Shown piece after piece: positions 61,773 to 64,000 of a stretch of 64,000 bases of DNA. Under the pieces are notes generated by a model, which was not told the origin of the DNA, made no database searches, and saw only the letters and a program-made list of their open reading frames with translations. Source of the stretch: Massalongia carnosa (lineage: Eukaryota); assembly GCA_965645245.1 (NCBI GenBank), contig OZ287073.1, positions 1,178,001-1,242,000 on the forward strand. Reading direction: 5' to 3'. The position numbers and the translations under genes were made by a program. Position 1 is the stretch's first letter. Each line of letters opens with the position of its first letter.

Positions 61773-62589
61773 TCATCTGAAGTACAAAACCCCCAAAAAA
61801 CAAACCGCAATGAACCCACCCAAGATAATGCCATCACGCCGCTTCTTCGCTCCAATTCTCCCAATTAAGCTATTGATCCCAGGAACCTGACTCGCAGCCC
61901 CCACCACCCTCCGATTAATACTCGCCAGCGTCTCCCGCTGCGCGCCAAAACTCTCATTGACGGCGTACGCCTGGCTCAGCACGCTGTCGGCGATGTTGTG
62001 GCTATTTTCGATCCGCCGCCGCTCGTCCAGCATGTATTCCTCTTCGGCCACGCCCGGGTTATTTTGCAACCGGTAGGCGGCAATATCGGAGCGCACGCTT
62101 GGCAGAAGGTTTGCGCGCGCGCGGGCTTCGTGAATGGAGGAACGGATGCGTGCGGATTCGTGGCGGTGGTCAAGCAAGATTTCGCGGTGGCGGGCAAGGT
62201 TGTTTTGTTTTAGGGCGGAGGCCGTAAGGACGGATTCTGAGTCGAGAAGGCGGGTGAGTTGGGAGATGAGGGCTTCGCGCTGAATAATAATAAGGGGACG
62301 GTATTTTCAATGGGAGACTCTAAAAACGGAAAAGGGGATGGGTTTTTCTGAGCTTACTCTTTCTAGAATATCTTGGATCTGGGCCTCTGTCTTTTGCTCG
62401 TCTTCAGAAGGTTTCGGGGCGATGTTTGAGGCTGTGGAAAACTGGGAGTAGGTGTGGAATAGAGCTTCCGTCTAGGTACAATTAGTTCATACCTTCAGGC
62501 TGTAGTTTAAGCGGATAATCTACTTGAGATTCGAGAGTTCGAGCTTGTTGCCGGAGTTGCGCCCAACCGGTTCCTGTTGACGTCGACAT
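61773..62589 (-). CDS. GOS1: Golgi SNARE Gos1
   Basis: MSTSTGTGWAQLRQQARTLESQ, LFHTYSQF, KQNNLARHREIL, SQAYAVNESF, VPGINSLIGRIGAKKRRDGII and a C-terminal TM segment; two introns. Confidence 0.92.
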
Positions 62590-62817
62590 GGTATTTCTCG
62601 CGAACAAAAGCTATACAGGGATATACCGAAGTGCGACTGTATTGCATTCTGAGTTATGTAAGATATTGCAGGGGTATGAAGGAAAGTCACGGCAATCTTA
62701 TTTGGGCATAGTAGATATTCGTTAAAGTACTACTAGCGCCAAGAAGCCGCACAAGTATCAAATTCCGAGCGACAACTACATCGACATACGCCACAACTAA
62801 GATAGCTCTCTTCAACA

Positions 62818-63541
62818 ATGGTGTGTTGTTTCCCTCAATTGATAGACGATATATGCTAATACTGATGGCAGTCAACTGCTAAAGTGAAAGCCGGCCAGCT
62901 CTGGGGCAAGAGCAAGGACGATCTAAAAAAGCAACTCCTGGATCTTAAAACCGAACTCGGCCAACTGCGCGTGCAAAAAATATCGGGCGGTAATCCGTCG
63001 AAACTCACAAAAATGTAGCCTTCTTATGCTTCTGTTTCCCTCCTTCTTTCCTTTCCGCGAAATTCTTCCCTCGTCCTGACAAAGGGGTATAACGAATCCG
63101 CTAATACTTATCACCTCCGATAGCCACGACCTCCGCAAATCCATCGCTCGCGTTCTCACCGTTATAAATGCCAATCAACGCTCGCAGCTGCGTATCTTCT
63201 ACAAGAATAATAAATATCTGCCCCTGGACCTGCGCCCGAAGCAAACGAGGGCGATTCGGAGACGCTTGTCGAAGCATGATGCTACGAGGATGTCGGAGAA
63301 GCAGCGGAAGAAGAACACGCATTTCCCTGTACGGAAGTATGCTGTTAAGGTACGTTATCTTAACGATACTTGCTCTCTACCTTTCCGGAGAAACTTGGGA
63401 CCTGCTTCCTGTGGCTTGAGTTTTGAAAAGGTTGGGGAAATGGACGGATGTTCGGGCTAGGAGGGAAAGGCGACACTTTAGAAAGGAAAGCATTTACTTT
63501 TGGAAATGGGTTACTAATTTATATTTTAGGCGGAGGCTTAG
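62818..63541 (+). CDS. RPL35: 60S ribosomal protein L35 (uL29)
   Basis: ATG-only first coding exon, introns 62821-62871, 63015-63123 and 63350-63529. Product [69 protein letters not shown]. Confidence 0.95.
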
Positions 63542-64000
63542 AACCCTCGTTGTATGAAAGGGAGACGACTGAGAGAGCGGATAGTTAGGGAGCAGTAAGG
63601 GATGATCAGATCAATACAAAAGTTGCCACCAACCAACAACCATTTTCTACCCTCGTCGACCTACGATGAACAACAGAGATTTTTTTCTATGGTTGTATCA
63701 ACTGTTTCTTAGCAGAATTGAGATCTTGAGTATCAACCCTGCCTTTCCCAATGCACATTTTAGGTTTCCAATACCATAAGAAGATTGGAAGCATGTTTAC
63801 TTTCGTGAATGTTTCATTTCTTAAACCCTATACTCCTTTACTGGTATCACAGCCGCAATGAAAATTCTAACTTGATTCCCCTTGACCAAAAGCAAGAGTG
63901 TGCTTTCTTACTATAACTTCTACTTCCTACCGGGTGTTCTTAGCAAATTTATTTCTGCCAAGCAGAAGTCTAGGTAAAGGTATATTCTCGAAGATTCTCT

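Noticed and set aside
63350..63529. Possible snoRNA in the long RPL35 intron
   Set aside because: No C box (RTGATGA) and D box pair or clear H/ACA layout seen.
1..64000. CRISPR arrays, rRNA, intact tRNA genes, biosynthetic gene cluster
   Set aside because: Eukaryotic context with no repeat-spacer array, rRNA-like sequence or PKS/NRPS motifs seen; neighbouring genes are functionally unrelated.

Overview
Intron-rich genomic DNA from a filamentous ascomycete (Pezizomycotina, inferred from gene families, GT..AG introns with CTRAC-type branch points and Zn2Cys6/PTH11-type genes). The first ~7.6 kb is an apparently intact non-chromoviral Ty3/Gypsy LTR retrotransposon; its 5' LTR lies outside the window. 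It has three notable features: the protease sits in the gag ORF; pol is reachable by a -1 frameshift at a U_UUA_AAC heptamer followed by a predicted H-type pseudoknot; and an extra sense ORF3 of unknown function lies before the PPT and 3' LTR. That LTR abuts or interrupts the 3' end of a PTH11-like membrane protein gene. The rest of the window holds host genes: IML2, SEM1/DSS1, three conserved hypotheticals, PUF6, an RGS-LOV (BcLOV4-type) photoreceptor, VPS26, gluconokinase, branched-chain 2-oxoacid dehydrogenase E2, a Zn2Cys6 regulator, DNA polymerase lambda/Pol4, ATP10, GOS1 and RPL35. Between them lie an intact Tc1 (DD34E) transposon, two non-autonomous inverted-repeat elements, a tRNA-like Pol III relic, a recurrent intergenic TACTC[CT]GTA motif and a ~5 kb stretch of probably decayed coding DNA. 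All calls come from reading motifs by eye with no database searches, so intron boundaries and start codons are best estimates.
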